Positions 1 through 13,692 of a DNA stretch of 64,000 nucleotides are shown here, piece by piece. The DNA comes from Octopus bimaculoides (lineage: Eukaryota), in the NCBI RefSeq assembly GCF_001194135.2, contig NC_068983.1, positions 121,155,319 to 121,219,318 of the forward strand. Direction: 5' to 3'. The notes under the pieces were generated by a model, which worked only from the letters and a program-made list of their open reading frames with translations, had not been told where the DNA came from and did no database searches. The first letter of the stretch is position 1. The number at the start of each line of letters is the position of its first letter. A program made the translations under genes and the position numbers.

Positions 1-464
1 AATGCTCTGCAACTTCCACATGAATTCAACAACCACTTAATCTAGATTATCAAACAAATTTTTTTGATAAATTGTCCCTGGAATGGCTAGAACATAAAAA
101 ACTGCATCCATAACATCTTGCATATTAGCAGATCATATAAAGAAAAAACTGAAAGATTTCTAAATATGAGAATAAATAGAGGAAGATGGAAAAGTTTTAC
201 TGAAAGGGGAAAGATTGAAGTGAAGGATGAATGAATTAATATGGTGTGAAAACAGAAATTACATATCACAGTGAAATGAGATTGCCCATGCATAGGAATA
301 ACTGTGTGGTTAAGAAGTTTACCTCCCAACCATATGGTCTGGAATTCAGTTCCACTGTATGGCGGCACTTTGGGAAAGTGTCTTCTATTATTACCCACAA
401 GCAAACCAAAGCTTTTTAAGACAGAAACTGAAACAAGCTCATTATATATNNNNNNNNNNATATA

Positions 465-590
465 GGGAGAATTTACCAAAAAACAAAAGACAAAGACAAG
501 CAGTGTAGAAAACAAACAGATGTATTAGTATAACACTCGGGAATTGAAAAAGTCTTTAACGTTTTGAGCCTACGCTCTTCCACAATACAT
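465..590 (-). mobile_element. Degenerate copy of a (TA)n-associated, probably Penelope-derived short repeat with a decayed hammerhead-like motif
   Basis: Similar to 17015-17208 (ggagaat...aaagtctttaacgttt(t/c)gagc(c)tacgctcttc); directly follows a (TA)n tract and N gap. Minus strand reads TTGTGGA-A-GAGC-GTAG-GCTC-AAAACGTT-AAAGA. Confidence 0.6.
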
Positions 591-1496
591 TCTTCCTTCC
601 ACAAATGGACCCCACTTAGAATTTTTTCTCCAAATAAGTTTCACCCCTCAACCATTGACCTTGAGAATTAGAAGCTGAACCATAACCTTAATCTACTTAA
701 GCATAGTTTAGCAGGTGCCTAGTTTAGCAGGTGGGCTTAAAAAGAGTTACAGACACGGCCCTTCCTCCTTACATGAAATATAAAATCATAAGACATGAAT
801 CTAAACATGGTTCTACAGTAGATGGAGACTATGATGGACTACAAGGATCATCAGCTTTATGATACTGATATCAGATTCATATTGGATAAGTTGGAATATA
901 TTCACAAATGAATTGGGACTTTCACTGGATACAATGATCTTCAATACCAATAGGCTCTAACAAATAAATCACTTTCCACTATAGCAGCACTCTCAGATAA
1001 GGCAAGATTCAAAATAAATTACAATTCTTTGAGATATAATTGAGAAGTGATCTGATTTATATTTTTGTTGGTCTAGATATCTGACACATTTCACTTTCGT
1101 GCTAACTAAAATGAAAAATAAGCAATTTTATAATTGATTTTATCATATTAGGCCTAACTGAAGGGAAACTAATCACCTGAAGACATTATTGTAGATCTTA
1201 ATCAATCCTTCTTTCTGAGAAACATAGTCCATCCGGGCTTCTTTTTTCAGAAGATCTAACAGGAGAAAATTAAGTGATGGTGTTGCTTGGAATATTGCCT
1301 ACATGAATTAAAAGATTTAGTCTGAAGCAGTGAGAGTGTGGTAATAATAAGAATACAGTGATCTTCTTGAACAGATAAAACACTTTCCAAATATTTTATT
1401 TCTTGACAAAATCGTCTAAATTAAGCTTGTACTTCAGTCTTCTTTTCTCTGTCATATAAACGTTATTAATATTGATTTCTTTTTCTTTTCTACCAG

Positions 1497-1625
1497 CATG
1501 TGATATGAACATACATAAAAAATGTCAAAAAAATGTTCCACAACTGTGTGGCATCGACCACACTGAAAGGCGAGGTCGTATTAAACTCAACATTACATCC
1601 AAGAGGAATGAACTGCTTGTTAAAG
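1497..1625 (+). CDS. PRKCA: Conventional PKC exon (end of C1B, C1B-C2 linker)
   Basis: Acceptor ttttctaccag, donor GTAAG at 1626; 129 nt, phase 1/1. Encodes [42 protein letters not shown], matching the cPKC motif [28 protein letters not shown]. Confidence 0.96.
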
Positions 1626-2106
1626 GTAAGTTATATTTGTATATTATTTCATTATTATTTGCTACAAACCAACTCAACTGATTGTATCAGGTGCGCATGT
1701 ACTTAGCTGTGAAAAATCAAATGGCCCAAACCTAGAAAAATTTCAATGTAGAACTGCAAACTTTCACCTGATTTTTATACAAACCAGTCTGTAGAGGTTT
1801 CTATGTGGTAATCAGCCTGCTGGAAGCAGCAGCCAAATCTCTTTGAAATTTCAATCCTCCAACTTAAAAAAAGACAATGTGCAACAGATAATGTTGTCCT
1901 AGATACACTATGTATACTTTGCCTAAGTTGAAGATTGGATATTTAAATCGAAACACTTTTGATCATAGGTTTGCTGGATCTGTACCAATATAAAGTAGAA
2001 CAACAATAATTAAATTTTGATTTTTACATCCCAATCTAGTTTCTTCTGGATCTTGTTCAGAGCAATTGTTTTACCCTCACCTGTAGAAATACATTATTAG
2101 ACCATA

Positions 2107-2303
2107 CAAGGAGTTGTTGAAAAGTTCCTGGCTTTAAGGGTATCACAAAGCCCAACCTTCTGAGTTCTTTTATAGGGCTTAGAAAAATTGATGGACTGCT
2201 GCAAAAAGTGTGTAAATGGAGAATACGTTTAATAAAATCATACCTAATTGATCCTTCTGTATTTTCTTTTACCCAAAGCCAGGAACTTTTCAGCATCCCC
2301 TTG
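2107..2303 (+). mobile_element. Mariner-derived MITE
   Basis: 29-bp imperfect TIRs: CAAGGAGTTGTTGAAAAGTTCCTGGCTTT (2107-2135) versus the reverse complement of 2275-2303, CAAGGGGATGCTGAAAAGTTCCTGGCTTT. TA on the left flank. Internal remnant gaaaaattgatggactgctgcaaaaagtgtgtaaatggagaatacg resembles the mariner transposase C-terminus (KL..RW.KC...GEY). Confidence 0.8.
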
Positions 2304-2967
2304 AATGTCTGAACGGAATGTCCTCCAAAAAAGACAAAATGGAGATCACAAAGCCACTAAAGAATCCTCCACCAGCATTGGTCAGGACTGAAATGTTTTT
2401 TAGTGTATGTCTGCTTGATCAGAGCTGACTTGCGCTAATAAAACAATACACGAAAGAAACAATGAAGAAATAGTTTTGAAAATTATTAAAAACAACAGGT
2501 CACCTTAACTTATCCGATAACCTTACCCACTCAAGTAAGCAATCATTAGTAAATGAAATCAATATCGACCTGCGAAGATTGATATTGATTTTATCTTCCT
2601 ATTCTTGATAAAACATTGTATCTTCCAATGTTTAGATGACTCTTAATGTTTTTAAAAAGTTTCTCCAAAAACCTTATGGTGGGTGGGTCACCTGAAATGC
2701 TAAGTAACAAATGTATACTTTTGATCTACTAATTTAGATAATTACTATGGACCTAACATAATATCAAGTGTGTAACCAGTATGACAATGACAGCTGGTTT
2801 ATTCAGCTGTGTGATTTATTGGACTATATGCTAATATTTTGTCATCAGTGCCAGGTAACTCTTAACTCTACTTTCTCAGTCCATTTACATTTAAATAGGC
2901 ATCATGCAAAGGTAAAAATTTACTATTGTACATACACACACACGTATATATATATATATATATGTAT

Positions 2968-3102
2968 GTCGTCATCGTCATCATTTAACGTCCACTTTCC
3001 ATGCTAGCATGGGTTGGACGATTTCACTGAGGACTGGTGAAACCAGATGGCTACACCAGGCTCCAATCTGATTTGGCAGAGTTTCTACAGCTGGATGCCC
3101 TT
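2968..3102 (-). mobile_element. 3' end of an RTE-type retroposon family with (GAT)n tail
   Basis: Reverse complement of ...gggcatccagctgtagaaactctgccaaatcagattggagcctggtgtagcc...ccaacccatgctagcatggaaag(c/t)ggacgttaaa(c/t)gatgatg, which recurs many times in the window. Confidence 0.8.
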
Positions 3103-3187
3103 GCTGAACCCAACCCAGCAGTATATTGGATAGATACTATCCCTTAGTGGGTTGAACCCTCAACCCCTAACTCTCTCGCATTATATG

Positions 3188-3192
<5 letters not shown>

Positions 3193-3247
<55 letters not shown>
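3193..3247. repeat. (CA)n microsatellite
   Basis: Perfect CA run of about 27 units. Confidence 0.97.
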
Positions 3248-3259
<12 letters not shown>

Positions 3260-3774
3260 CATACATGGAGAACATTTCTTTATAGGCAAGTGTTTTGTTG
3301 GCTTTTTTATGCTAAATGAAAATCTTACCATGGGTACACATTCATATACATGTGTGGGTGTAAGGAGAGGGAGTGTGTGTGAAAAACATTTGAGAGTGAT
3401 TGTCTTCATTAAACTGATTCGAAATACCCAACATGCAATAAATAAAGACAGGTCTTACATTCAATATAAAACCAATGCAAAGTATTCAGTGGTGCTCCAC
3501 CAACCCAACGGTTTACTGGACTCACTACTTTTATAGACAACAACAAGCCTAGGAAAAAGACATTGGTTAATGTGGTCCTAGATACACTAATCTTAAAAAT
3601 GGTAGATTGTCATAGCTGGAAAGTCTTTGATCATAGATTTACTTAGTTGACACTCTAACCTGGGGTTAAACAACAACAACTAATTATTTTTCATCTTTGA
3701 TGACCAGTGACTGAGACTTTTGGCAATTTGCTGTGCTTGAGAAGACATCTCAAGCTAAGTGAAATCATTATATG

Positions 3775-4024
3775 GCCAGTTTTGGTGACACATGAAAGGC
3801 ACCTATGCCAGTGACATATGTAGAAGGCACCTGTGCTGGTGACACACAAAAGACACTCAGTACACTCTGTGGAGTGGTTTGTGTTAGGAAGGGCATCCAG
3901 TCATAAAACCCAAGCCAAAACAGCCTGGAGCCTGATGCAGCTCATCAGCATACTAACTCCAGTCAAACCGTCTTTCCCATGCCAGCCTGGAAAATGGATG
4001 CTAAATGATGATGATGAAGATGAT
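3775..4024 (+). mobile_element. Diverged copy of the (GAT)n-tailed RTE-type 3' element
   Basis: gagtggtttgtgttaggaagggcatccag...cccatgccagcctggaaaatggatgctaaatgatgatgatg. Confidence 0.7.
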
Positions 4025-5403
4025 AGTTTGTGTTGTGCAGTCTCCAGTTATATCTGATCAAGCAAATCTCTGATCAAAGATGACCACCTAGTGAACAGTG
4101 TGTTTTAGTTTTTCTTTTTCATACATAGTATATCCAGAACTACCTTATTTTGTGATTGTCACCTTGTTTAAGACCTTAGATTAAGATCTGTAATAGATTC
4201 AGCTGCTATTTCTAGTGCTTTAACTCTATAGAGACTCCATCATTAGCTCATTGAGCCTCTTTCATTGGATTAGCCTTGGTTTATTCCTTGGATATATTTG
4301 AATTAGTTTCTGTGAACTAGACCATATGTGACATGCAGAAAACCTCAAAGAATTCAGTCTCTTATAACAATTTTATGAAATGGCAAACATTTATGTTATA
4401 CTGTTGGTACATCAGTTCCGTGTTACACAGGATTGGCTGGTTCTGTATATTCAAAGATGTTTATACTTATTGCAGCTGGTCTTTGACTCCACCAGCCTCA
4501 TCACTCTCTTAATTACGAGTTACATTTTGATTTGACATTCACTAACTTCAAAGACTCCTAGCCCTATACTTTAAGAGATTGGGGAAGGGGTGCATTGTGA
4601 CATTTATGCCTTTTTTTTCAACGATCTATTAATGGCACGAGTGAATTAAAAATCGTTAAAACCATGGACTGAAATGACATCATGGCCTCAGTTTTCCAGG
4701 AGCTAAATTCCTGCTCCACATTGTTCACCACCTCCTTCTCTTCACTCCCTAAACCATCAATACCATAACTAACACCACAACTATCACTGCTACTAACATT
4801 AATTAATATTTTTCTTGTTTCTTATTAGCCTTTTTACATTGATCTTCATTAAATACCATCTTGAACTATGACAATTCTAAAATATAATGCACACATCCAT
4901 CTTTCTCCTTTCTTTTTCTAGAAATTTACACACTTATTCAGTGCTTTTTGCAATTCGTTTTTGTTAACGTCATTGTTATTTTTCTCAAATTTCAATATTT
5001 ATATCTTTGTTATTTTTTCTTTAATTTCTAGATTTTTTTCTGTTTTTGTTTTTCTTTTCTTTTCTAAATATAATTCTAGGCTGTTCTGTATTCATGTATA
5101 ACCTGCCTATCGTGTACTTAAATAGGGGATAGTAGCAGTAGCTACAGTATACTGTGTAGGGGAGAAAAGCAAGACATATTAGCTTTCAATTAAGATGTAT
5201 CCTCAGGACTTAGGCTCAGCTAACTCTCCTTTATTAATAGAAATAATTCATTGGTCCGTTGGGAAAGGCAAGTGATGGTGGTGGTGACTGTGGTGATGTT
5301 GAGGGGGATGATGGTATTGTGATGGTTATGACAACAGTGATGGTGTAGTGATGGCTGTGGTGATGGCCGTAACAGTCATTGTGATAAGTGGTGGTAATGG
5401 TTG

Positions 5404-6077
5404 TGGCAGCGATTATAATGGTTATGGTTGAAGTAATGCTTATAGTTGTCAAGGTGGTGGCAGTAATAGTAGTGTAGCAAGGGTGGTAGAGGAAGGAGAG
5501 GGGCTGATGAATTGAAAAAAGATCAATATTCTGCAAAGTTGCATAATGCACTACTGCACATACATGCACACTTACCCTCACAACATGCACACAGGAAATA
5601 GCACATAATGCTGTAATAAACTATTATTTAGATAAAACCCAGTGTACAGGTTGTAAGGACCGTGCGACAGGAGAAGGTGACGAGGAATGGCTCCTTTAGN
5701 NNNNNNNNNNNNNNNNNNNNNNNNNNNNNNNNNNNNNNNNNNNNNNNNNNNNNNNNNNNNNNNNNNNNNNNNNNNNNNNNNTGGCAGCGATTATAATGGT
5801 TATGGTTGAAGTAATGCTTATAGTTGTCAAGGTGGTGGCAGTAATAGTAGTGTAGCAAGGGTGGTAGAGGAAGGAGAGGGGCTGATGAATTGAAAAAAGA
5901 TCAATATTCTGCAAAGTTGCATAATGCACTACTGCACATACATGCACACTTACCCTCACAACATGCACACAGGAAATAGCACATAATGCTGTAATAAACT
6001 ATTATTTAGATAAAACCCAGTGTACAGGTTGTAAGGACCGTGCGACAGGAGAAGGTGACGAGGAATGGCTCCTTTAG
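5404..6077. other. Exact 296-bp duplication either side of an 82-N gap (probable assembly artefact)
   Basis: 5404-5699 is identical to 5782-6077; the N run is 5700-5781. Confidence 0.85.
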
Positions 6078-7299
6078 TACATCGCACAGTCAATACAAAT
6101 AAAAATATGAAAAGAGGATAAAAGAGTATAAGTGCCAGAAGGAAAAGAGAGACACAACCGTTAGAAGGTTTAAGAGAAAGTTTTATTGATATGTCAACAT
6201 GTAAGTCTGTGTGTGTGAGTGCGACATATAAACACAATAATAGACAGGCAGTCATGTAAGTAAAGTGTATGTGTATACAAACATGGATGTATGTGTGTGT
6301 GAGAAATACAGAGCATAGAAAAGAGTCTATAATAGGACATTAGAAGAAAGTTCAGACACAAGGATAGTAAATACCAGTTCGTAGTCAAGGTACATAGTGG
6401 TTGAGGTGCTGTAACAAGAAGTTGAGGCAGCGTAGGTGAGCCAGGGAGAGGCACATATCGTGAGAAGTTGTGGCTTCAATGCTGCTGCCGGTGACTTGGT
6501 ACAGGAGTTCTCACAGGTTGTATTCGCTGTTAACCATGGTGAAGTAATTCACAAACAATGTGGAGATAGAACCTGGGCGAGCATTACTGCTTGGTGTGTA
6601 CGTAGAGAGATGATGCTGACGCTTAGAAGGGCAACGAAGAATGGAGGTCCAGAATGCGGCTGAATGAAGTGTTGCTGGTCTCCATGTGGCTGCTGTTGTG
6701 TCGTTGTTGGAACTGGCTGTGTGCTCTGTGGTTAGTGGCTAGACCTCAGAAGGTCTAGAGCCATGACTGACAAACTGTGACGGTGAAAAGCTGCATTTTT
6801 ATAACATGCTGTCGGCTCAAACTGGGGTTTAGAAAAGACTGTCTCACACAACCTTATCTGAAGGCTGCAAGTGGTTGGGTTGCATCTTGACATGCAATAG
6901 AACAAGAGACAAACTGTGCCAATACCAACCAATCAGAGTGGTGGATACAACAGGGTCCAAAAGTGTGGCCAAAGGCTAGCTGTTATCCACTACGTCCATA
7001 TACATGTATATATAACAGAGAGAGAGAGAAGTACGCTACAAGGGAATTTCAGAAAGCAAACACTCTGGAGAGGAAGGGCTGGGAACAGTGGTTGGTATGG
7101 AATTTAGTGTGTGTGTGTGTGTGTTTTGAGGGGTGTAATATAGGTGACAAAAATAAGAGAGAGAGAGAGACAACTGAGTCACAAGTATTTGAGTAAAATG
7201 GCTCAAGATCAGCCAGTTTCAGTGAGCAGAGGTCATAGTAGGAAAGGAAAAAACAGAAGAGAGATAGCACATCTCTTTCCTCTGCATGTCAGAGGTTGC

Positions 7300-7960
7300 C
7301 AAATTAGTTAAATGATCTTTCCTTAGATGAAGTCTAGGATATCTCTGCATGATGCAGTAACACCATCCTTATAAATCAAAGAGTTACGTCTGAGGGACAT
7401 AACTCTCAGTATGTTCAAGATGTCTTTTGGTAAACACAAATCAAATGACTTCAGATGTTATACTAGCTATGTGGTTTTGGATGGTGTTTCAATGAAGAAA
7501 GATTGGTAATGGAATTATTGTTGGTGCTCTGTGAGATGAAAGAGCTTGTATTGTAAACTTCTATTAGGTCTAGAGATGCTGCTGCATGTTTTGCATTTCC
7601 AGTAGGTTAATTGGGTTTAATTGAATTATTATATTCTGTCTAGTAATGTTTGTGTGGTGGTGTTTGGATATTACTTCCATTCTTTCGTTTAAAATATTGG
7701 TTTGCTAGGTTATTATATCATATTTCTCTGTAGTGAGTAGTGTAAATTTCCTTGCTTTGGTTATGTAGGATGTAGTGCTTGATGATTGGTCAGTCAGTAT
7801 CAGAGTGGCTCATGCATTTGTCTTTCAGTTTCACTGAATTTGGGACAGTAGAAGCCTTATGAATGCACATCAGGTTGTAATGGTCATATTGTCAGGTGTC
7901 AAAAACACATCGCAGTATATTTGGAGCAATGACACCATTGTATTTGCATGTAATCAACTT
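7300..7960 (-). mobile_element. Highly degraded LINE remnant (I/Jockey-type ORF1 zinc-knuckle region, possibly ORF2 C-terminus)
   Basis: Minus strand gives PNILRC..QYDH...C, then CPKFSE (frameshifted) and SYITKARK at 7747-7925, resembling the PNPLRCxxCQxxGH...CxxC...SYxEARK gag-like ORF1 motif; many stops. Confidence 0.4.
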
Positions 7961-8679
7961 AGTCTTCCATTCAGACTCCTGGCTTTATTTACTAGAGCAT
8001 GCATAGTCATATTGCAAAATTTTGCATGCATGTTTGCTTTGGTTGGTTGGTTGGTTGCTTGCTTGCTTGATAGGCTGGTTGGCTGGCATGTGGTGTCTGG
8101 GTGGAATGTCCTATTATTAGCAGTTTGTACTGCTCTTGTCACTCACTTGCTCCTCTCAGTTGTAGATTCATTTACAGTAGTGGGTTAATCCACTTTTCTC
8201 CACTGAGGGCTGAAGTCAGCTGGTACAAATTTTGAGTGACCTGCAATTGAAGTTTCTGAAATTGAGTTCTTATTGTTGTTTATTTACCATTCAGCTGTCC
8301 TCTTCAATTTCCACTAGTATCTCACTTGTTTCACCGATAATGTTTCAACCATCTAGTGTTAGTAGGATAGACTATGTCTACTAATCTCCAACTTTGTGAA
8401 ATATCCTACTTCAACTCAGTGTTGCCACTGATAATTAATCCCAAGAATAATTCTCATTGCCAGCATCAAATTAAAGTGTGATATCTTGCTAATTTGGACA
8501 TTTGTAGAAATAGCCTATCCTACTTTTGTTAAATAGCTAACAAATTATTTGTGAAACAAGTGAGATACTTGTGCAAACTGAAGAGCATGGGCTAAATAGT
8601 AGGCAAACATAGTACTTACACTATAAAGATACCTGTACTCCATCTATAAATAATACATTTCATCTATGTTTTATATTCT

Positions 8680-9000
8680 GGTATCACTGCCTTCCAAATA
8701 GTCTCCTTAAGAATGTACATACTGTCAAAGCCCTGTCTAATACTACTTATGGGTTCTGTTTGACATTCATCTTCTATCTCGAACTTCCTGTCACCTTTCA
8801 ACTACAATTTCATTTTGGGATACATCCTGAAATCACAGAGAGATAGATCAGGCAAATACAGGGAACAAACTTCATAACAATGTTCAGGTTTTCAGTAGAA
8901 ATTTCCTGGCTAACTCCATAATTGACTCCAATCATGTGATAGAGAGAGGATAGAGTATTCAGTGACTTCATATGAATATATAAACTCCACAGCATATATT
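8680..9000 (-). mobile_element. Mariner transposase C-terminal remnant
   Basis: Minus strand encodes YLPDLSLCDFRMYPKMKL*LKG (mariner YSPDLAPxDFxLFPKLK motif) and later GDYLEG. Confidence 0.65.
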
Positions 9001-9202
9001 GAGTACTCTTCTGTTTTTACATCCTGTCTTTTTACACACACATACAATGATGTGTAAGAGAACATTACAGGTTGATTTCAAGAAACCTGTGTAAACAGTT
9101 CGTCATTTTAAGCATCAATTAATGTATGCATGAGAGGTAATTGCAGTGTTATCTGTATGTGGTGTGAATGGACAGAGAGATTTGTAAAAATATCATATAA
9201 TG

Positions 9203-9418
9203 CAGGGGTCTCAAACCACCAGGCCACAGACCATTACAAGGCTGTGGATTCTCAGGTACAAGACCGCACAGAAAGAATAATTTTTTTATTTTGATTTCTA
9301 TTTTATTGACTGCAAGGTGTTTTTGCATTATATATATATATATAAGATCGGAANNNNNNNNNNNNNNNNNNNNNNNNNNNNNNNNNNNNNNNNNNNNNNN
9401 NNNNNNNNNNNNNNNNNN

Positions 9419-9449
<31 letters not shown>

Positions 9450-9590
9450 GTGTGTGTGCGCACGCTCATAATAATTAAATTATATACCAAGCACTTTACT
9501 GTATTTTGTTATGTACATGGTCAGCCAGTCCATAGAAAAATTATCTTGTATGAAACTGGTTCTTGGAGCAGAAAAAAATGGGAACTGTTG
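9203..9590 (+). mobile_element. hAT-type MITE interrupted by a microsatellite and N gap
   Basis: Left end CAGGGGTCTCAAAC; degenerate right end gaaactggttcttggagcagaaaaaaatgggaactgttg; imperfect 8-bp flanks atataatg / atataaaa. Confidence 0.5.
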
Positions 9591-10599
9591 ATATAAAACT
9601 GGGGTTTTCAACCATTTTTTATCTCTGGACTCCTTTGATTACAATTTTATTCTAGTGTACCCCCCATAGCTATTTGATGTTTAAAGGCTACTTTTATAGA
9701 GACTTCCTTCAAAATTCCTATTTTGTTTTACATACATTAACTTACGTTTGTTGAACCATGTAAAATATCAGAGAAAGAAACTTAGCTGTTTCTTGTAATA
9801 TATGTGAAGCAAAATTTTTTCAGGAGCTCTTGAAATATTATAGTGGATCCCCAATTTACTATTTTGCTGCATGGACCCCAAAAAGAGAAGAGACAGCACA
9901 GCATCATGTGGTATTGTGCATTGTACTGTACCCTAGACTCATCCTACTTCAAAAATATCAACTTTAAAATTAATGATTGATGATGTGTGTGACTAATTAA
10001 ATCTATGAAGGAAAGACAGTTCTCATAGAATTTGCAGTTTTCTATTGATTTATTGGATATGAACCAGAATTGATTAAACAGCAGAATGTCTTCTGTCCAG
10101 TGAGTGGAAGTAAGACAGCTGTGTTGGTTTGAACATGTGATGTAAATGAATGATATAAATGAAGGAACAAAATATTTTGGAAGGTGTTGACCAAGAAACA
10201 CTAGTAAAGAAGTGGATGTGACAGATCTGGGATTGTAGAATCTTGAATGAAGAAGTGATATAGCTTTGCGATGCATGGAAAAAGTCTTTGTATTGCAGGC
10301 CCACTTACGATCTACCTCCTTTTGTATCTTTCCTAACTCTGATCTCTCAATCTTTCTTCTTCCCCCACCCTCTCTTCATTTTCGCTCATCCTCTTTTTGT
10401 TTTTTCCCTCCCCATCAATTTCTCCTACTCCTCATTCTCTCTCTTTCACTCACATACATATTTTTATACCCATTTTTTTAAATTTTAAAAAGATTTTTTT
10501 GAGCCCTAGGATTCATATGGCTGGTTGTCTAGTTTCCATGGCATTTAAGTGATAACAATCACAACATGCCCTGAATGGGATGCCAGACCACTGCAGGGT

Positions 10600-10805
10600 T
10601 TGAGGTCTGCAATTTTAAGGGGAGGGGACAAGTTGATGACATCAACCCCAGTACTTGGTTGGTACTTCATTTTATCAACCCTGCCAAGTGTTGAAAGGCA
10701 AAGTTAATTTCAGTGAAATTTGACACTCAGAACATAGCGAGCCAGAAGAAATGTTGCTAAGCATTTTGTTTGATATGCTAATGATTCTGCCTGCTTGTCA
10801 CCTTT
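10600..10805 (-). mobile_element. tRNA-derived SINE, family 4 (ggcggcgagctggcagaa... head)
   Basis: Reverse complement of the family seen on the + strand at 29903-30610 and 55965-56170 (...gagttcaaatt...ctttgcctttca...aagtaccag...ctggggt). Confidence 0.65.
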
Positions 10806-11388
10806 TTTGTAGCCATAGACATCAAAAATTCTATATTTATGAAGAAATTATCTCTACTTAAGCAATTCAACTCAAGTATGTTGCCTGTACATATTTTACC
10901 AAACTTGTAAAGATTATGTTGACACCAGAAAACCAAAATTTTCTAAAGAATAATTCTATTTTTCATTTAGTCTTAGGAAAAGAAGACTATTACCATTGCC
11001 TTCATTGGACTTCCCAGATTAGTAAGGTTAATGTAGTCAGTAACTTCAATTCCTGTAGATATCATGAACAGAAGATACCAAAAGACTGTGATTCTGGGAG
11101 ATAAAATTGAAGAGATGTAAAATAACAGTCTTGTTATTGCAACTTTTAGAAACAGGAGACTAAAGAAGACATGCAACAAAGAGGTGAAGATTGATCTATG
11201 GCAGAATAATATAACCTCTTTTAAATGGTTGTACGAAGCAGATTTGGGCTGGTTGTGAGGGTGGAACAGAGCTTGCTAATTCAGTAGGGGTAGTCAAAAC
11301 AGTGAGAGATTACAGTATGTCAGTGGGATAGAGCTTGCACTGTATTTGTTAACCAGCTTGTTGGCCTTCTTTTGGATGTGGTTTAGGT

Positions 11389-11662
11389 CAGTGGTTCCCA
11401 AACTTTTTCAGGTTGCTTCCCCCTTGACACCCAGACCACATTCCTTGTGCCCCTACCCCAACTAACCTAACAAAGATAGACCTCTTTCTGAAGCAAATTT
11501 AAAGCAACTGTATTTCACAAATAAAACTTAACCATTATTTCCTTGTTTTTACATGAATCACCCCTTTTGGTTACCCTGCTATCACCCCATTTTTCATCAA
11601 CGGCTCCTTGGAACTTTCCACCAACCCCAGGTGAGCAATACTGCTCACTTTGAGAACCACTG
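11389..11662 (+). mobile_element. hAT (Charlie-like) MITE
   Basis: TIRs CAGTGGTTCCCAAA / TTTGAGAACCACTG; 8-bp TSD gtttaggt (11381-11388) / gtttaggc (11663-11670). Confidence 0.85.
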
Positions 11663-11976
11663 GTTTAGGCTGTTTGCAGTGCTATTCAATGTATAAAAGC
11701 AACACTGTAATGAGAATCTAACTTGAACTCTATAGCCATTCAGCATTTGGTTAAGGTAGAATAATTTCTATTCCTAAAGAGAAAGCTAAGCTTTCCAGTT
11801 ACATTCTTGCTGATAATCAATCTCCATAGATTACTAAAGATTGTTGTGTGAATATCAAGGTGTTGAGGATATTAGTTCATGGATAGAGTATGTTTACAAC
11901 ACTCATCTGTGCACACCTCATGTACTTGTTGTGTGTGTGTACATATGTATGTGTATATATGTGTGTGTGTGTTTGT

Positions 11977-12951
11977 ATAATACAAAATGAGACAAGAAAG
12001 CAAAACATCCAGACAGTTAGGTGATACAAGAAAGGGACAACAAAACATCCAGATAGACGATACAAAGAAAACAAGGACAGATCATTTGGAGTTTTTTTCC
12101 ATCAGTCGAGATCCAGATTATCTTTGCAATTTCAGCTGGTTATACTCGATATTGCTCCAATCTGGCCAGCCCCAAGGAAAAACTAAGCTAAGAGCATTAG
12201 ATTCCTTGGAAGAAAGCAGCGAATGTATACAACAACGACGACGGAAAAAAACAAACAATGTTACACAAATACGATAAAAATAATAATAGGACATAACAAC
12301 AGGTGTCTTTCGACTAAGGACAAATTAAATTAAGCTGGTGTGTGTGGAAATAAAGCCTTGCAGCAGGAATACAAGATTTCACAGGCACAGGGAGGAATAT
12401 CGATGTTGCACACACAAAGGCCAGCCAAGAAAAAAAGATCAGGCTTGGCCAAATGCCGGTCACATGAGAAGAGAAGAGAGAGGTAGAGGCAGAGGGACAA
12501 AAGAATTAAGGAGGGGGCGAGAAAAAATGACAGGGACACAGTGAAGTGAAAAGAAGAGAAGGCAAGGAAATGTGAGAGATGGGGAACGAAAGAACGAAGA
12601 GTGGATGAACGAATAAAGGTGAAAGGGCTGATAGACAGAAACAGAGTCATACAAGATTTAGAAAAATGTATACTTGCATATAAGAGACAAAGTGTATGTA
12701 TGCCGCTATATATATATATCATCATCATCATCATCGTTTAACGTCCGCTTTCCATGCTAGCATGGGTTGGACGATTTGACTGAGGACTGGTGGAGCCCGA
12801 AGGCTACACCAGGCTCCAATATATATATATATATATATATAAATAATACAGAATGGGACAAGAACGCAAAACATCCAGACAGTTAGGTGATACAAGAAAG
12901 GGACAACAAACATCCAGATAGACGATACAAAGAAAACAAGGACAGGTCATT
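11977..12951. repeat. Repeat element with ~110-bp direct repeats (11977-12086 and 12843-12951), each after a TA/TG microsatellite; pseudo-LTR-like
   Basis: Both copies contain aaaacatccagacagttaggtgatacaagaaagggacaacaaa(a)catccagatagacgatacaaagaaaacaaggacag; a GA-rich tract lies at about 12465-12640. Confidence 0.6.
12720..12820 (-). mobile_element. Truncated (GAT)n-tailed RTE-type 3' element
   Basis: catcatcatcgtttaacgtccgctttccatgctagcatgggttggacgatttgactgaggactgg. Confidence 0.8.
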
Positions 12952-13489
12952 CAGATGTTAAACATTTTACATGGCATGCTAACAATTCTGCCAGCTCACC
13001 ATTTTAGCCTTGCATTGATATTAAGTCTCTTCACCTTTTCTTTCTTCATTACTTTCTCTATCATTTATATATGTGTGTGTGTGTGGAGAGAGGGAGAGAG
13101 AGAGAGAGAGAATGTGCAGAAGAGAGAGGACTATACTAGTATGACGTGTTGCTTTTGGAGGCTAAGTTTTACATAGAAGTGCTAAGCACTCAAAGTGAAT
13201 GCAACTTTTAGAAACAGGAGACTAAAGAAGACATGCAACAAAGAGGTGAAGATTGATCTATAGCAATAACAGAATGGTAACTTCTAGGTAGTTGTAACAA
13301 AATGGGGGAGTGCAATTTCAAGAAGCTGAACCTTTTTGCAACTTGTGATGAAGCACTGTGCTTGGAAGACCCATCCAATCCATGCAAACATAAGAAAAAC
13401 AGAAATACAATTGTAAAAATGACAATGTAATTGTGGTGGAGATGTATGATAACTACATTTGGGTTTCTCTTGACCTTTGCGTTCATAAC

Positions 13490-13692
13490 AAATTCGAATT
13501 TTGGGGCAAGGCCAGCAATATCAGGAAAGGGGGTAAGTTGATTACATCAACCCCGGCACTCAACTGATATTTATTTTATTGACCTCAAAAGGATGAAAAG
13601 CAAAATCAACCTCAACAGAATTTGAACTCAGATTGTAAAGACAGACAAAATGCTGTTAAACATTTTACCTGGCATGCTAACAATTCCGCCAG
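13490..13692 (-). mobile_element. tRNA-derived SINE, family 4
   Basis: gaatttgaactcaga...gcatgctaacaattccgccagctcac is the reverse complement of the family head. Confidence 0.65.

Noticed and set aside
5404-6077. Perfect 296-bp tandem duplication
   Set aside because: The copies are identical and separated only by an N gap, typical of overlapping contig ends.
6330-6930. GC-richer stretch that might be a nested antisense gene
   Set aside because: All minus-strand frames I translated hit stops and show no recognisable domain or splice pattern; probably an unidentified decayed TE.
12075-12112. Possible hammerhead on the minus strand (CTGATGGAAAAAAACTCCAAATGATCTGTC)
   Set aside because: No GAAA, and no convincing stem I or stem III.
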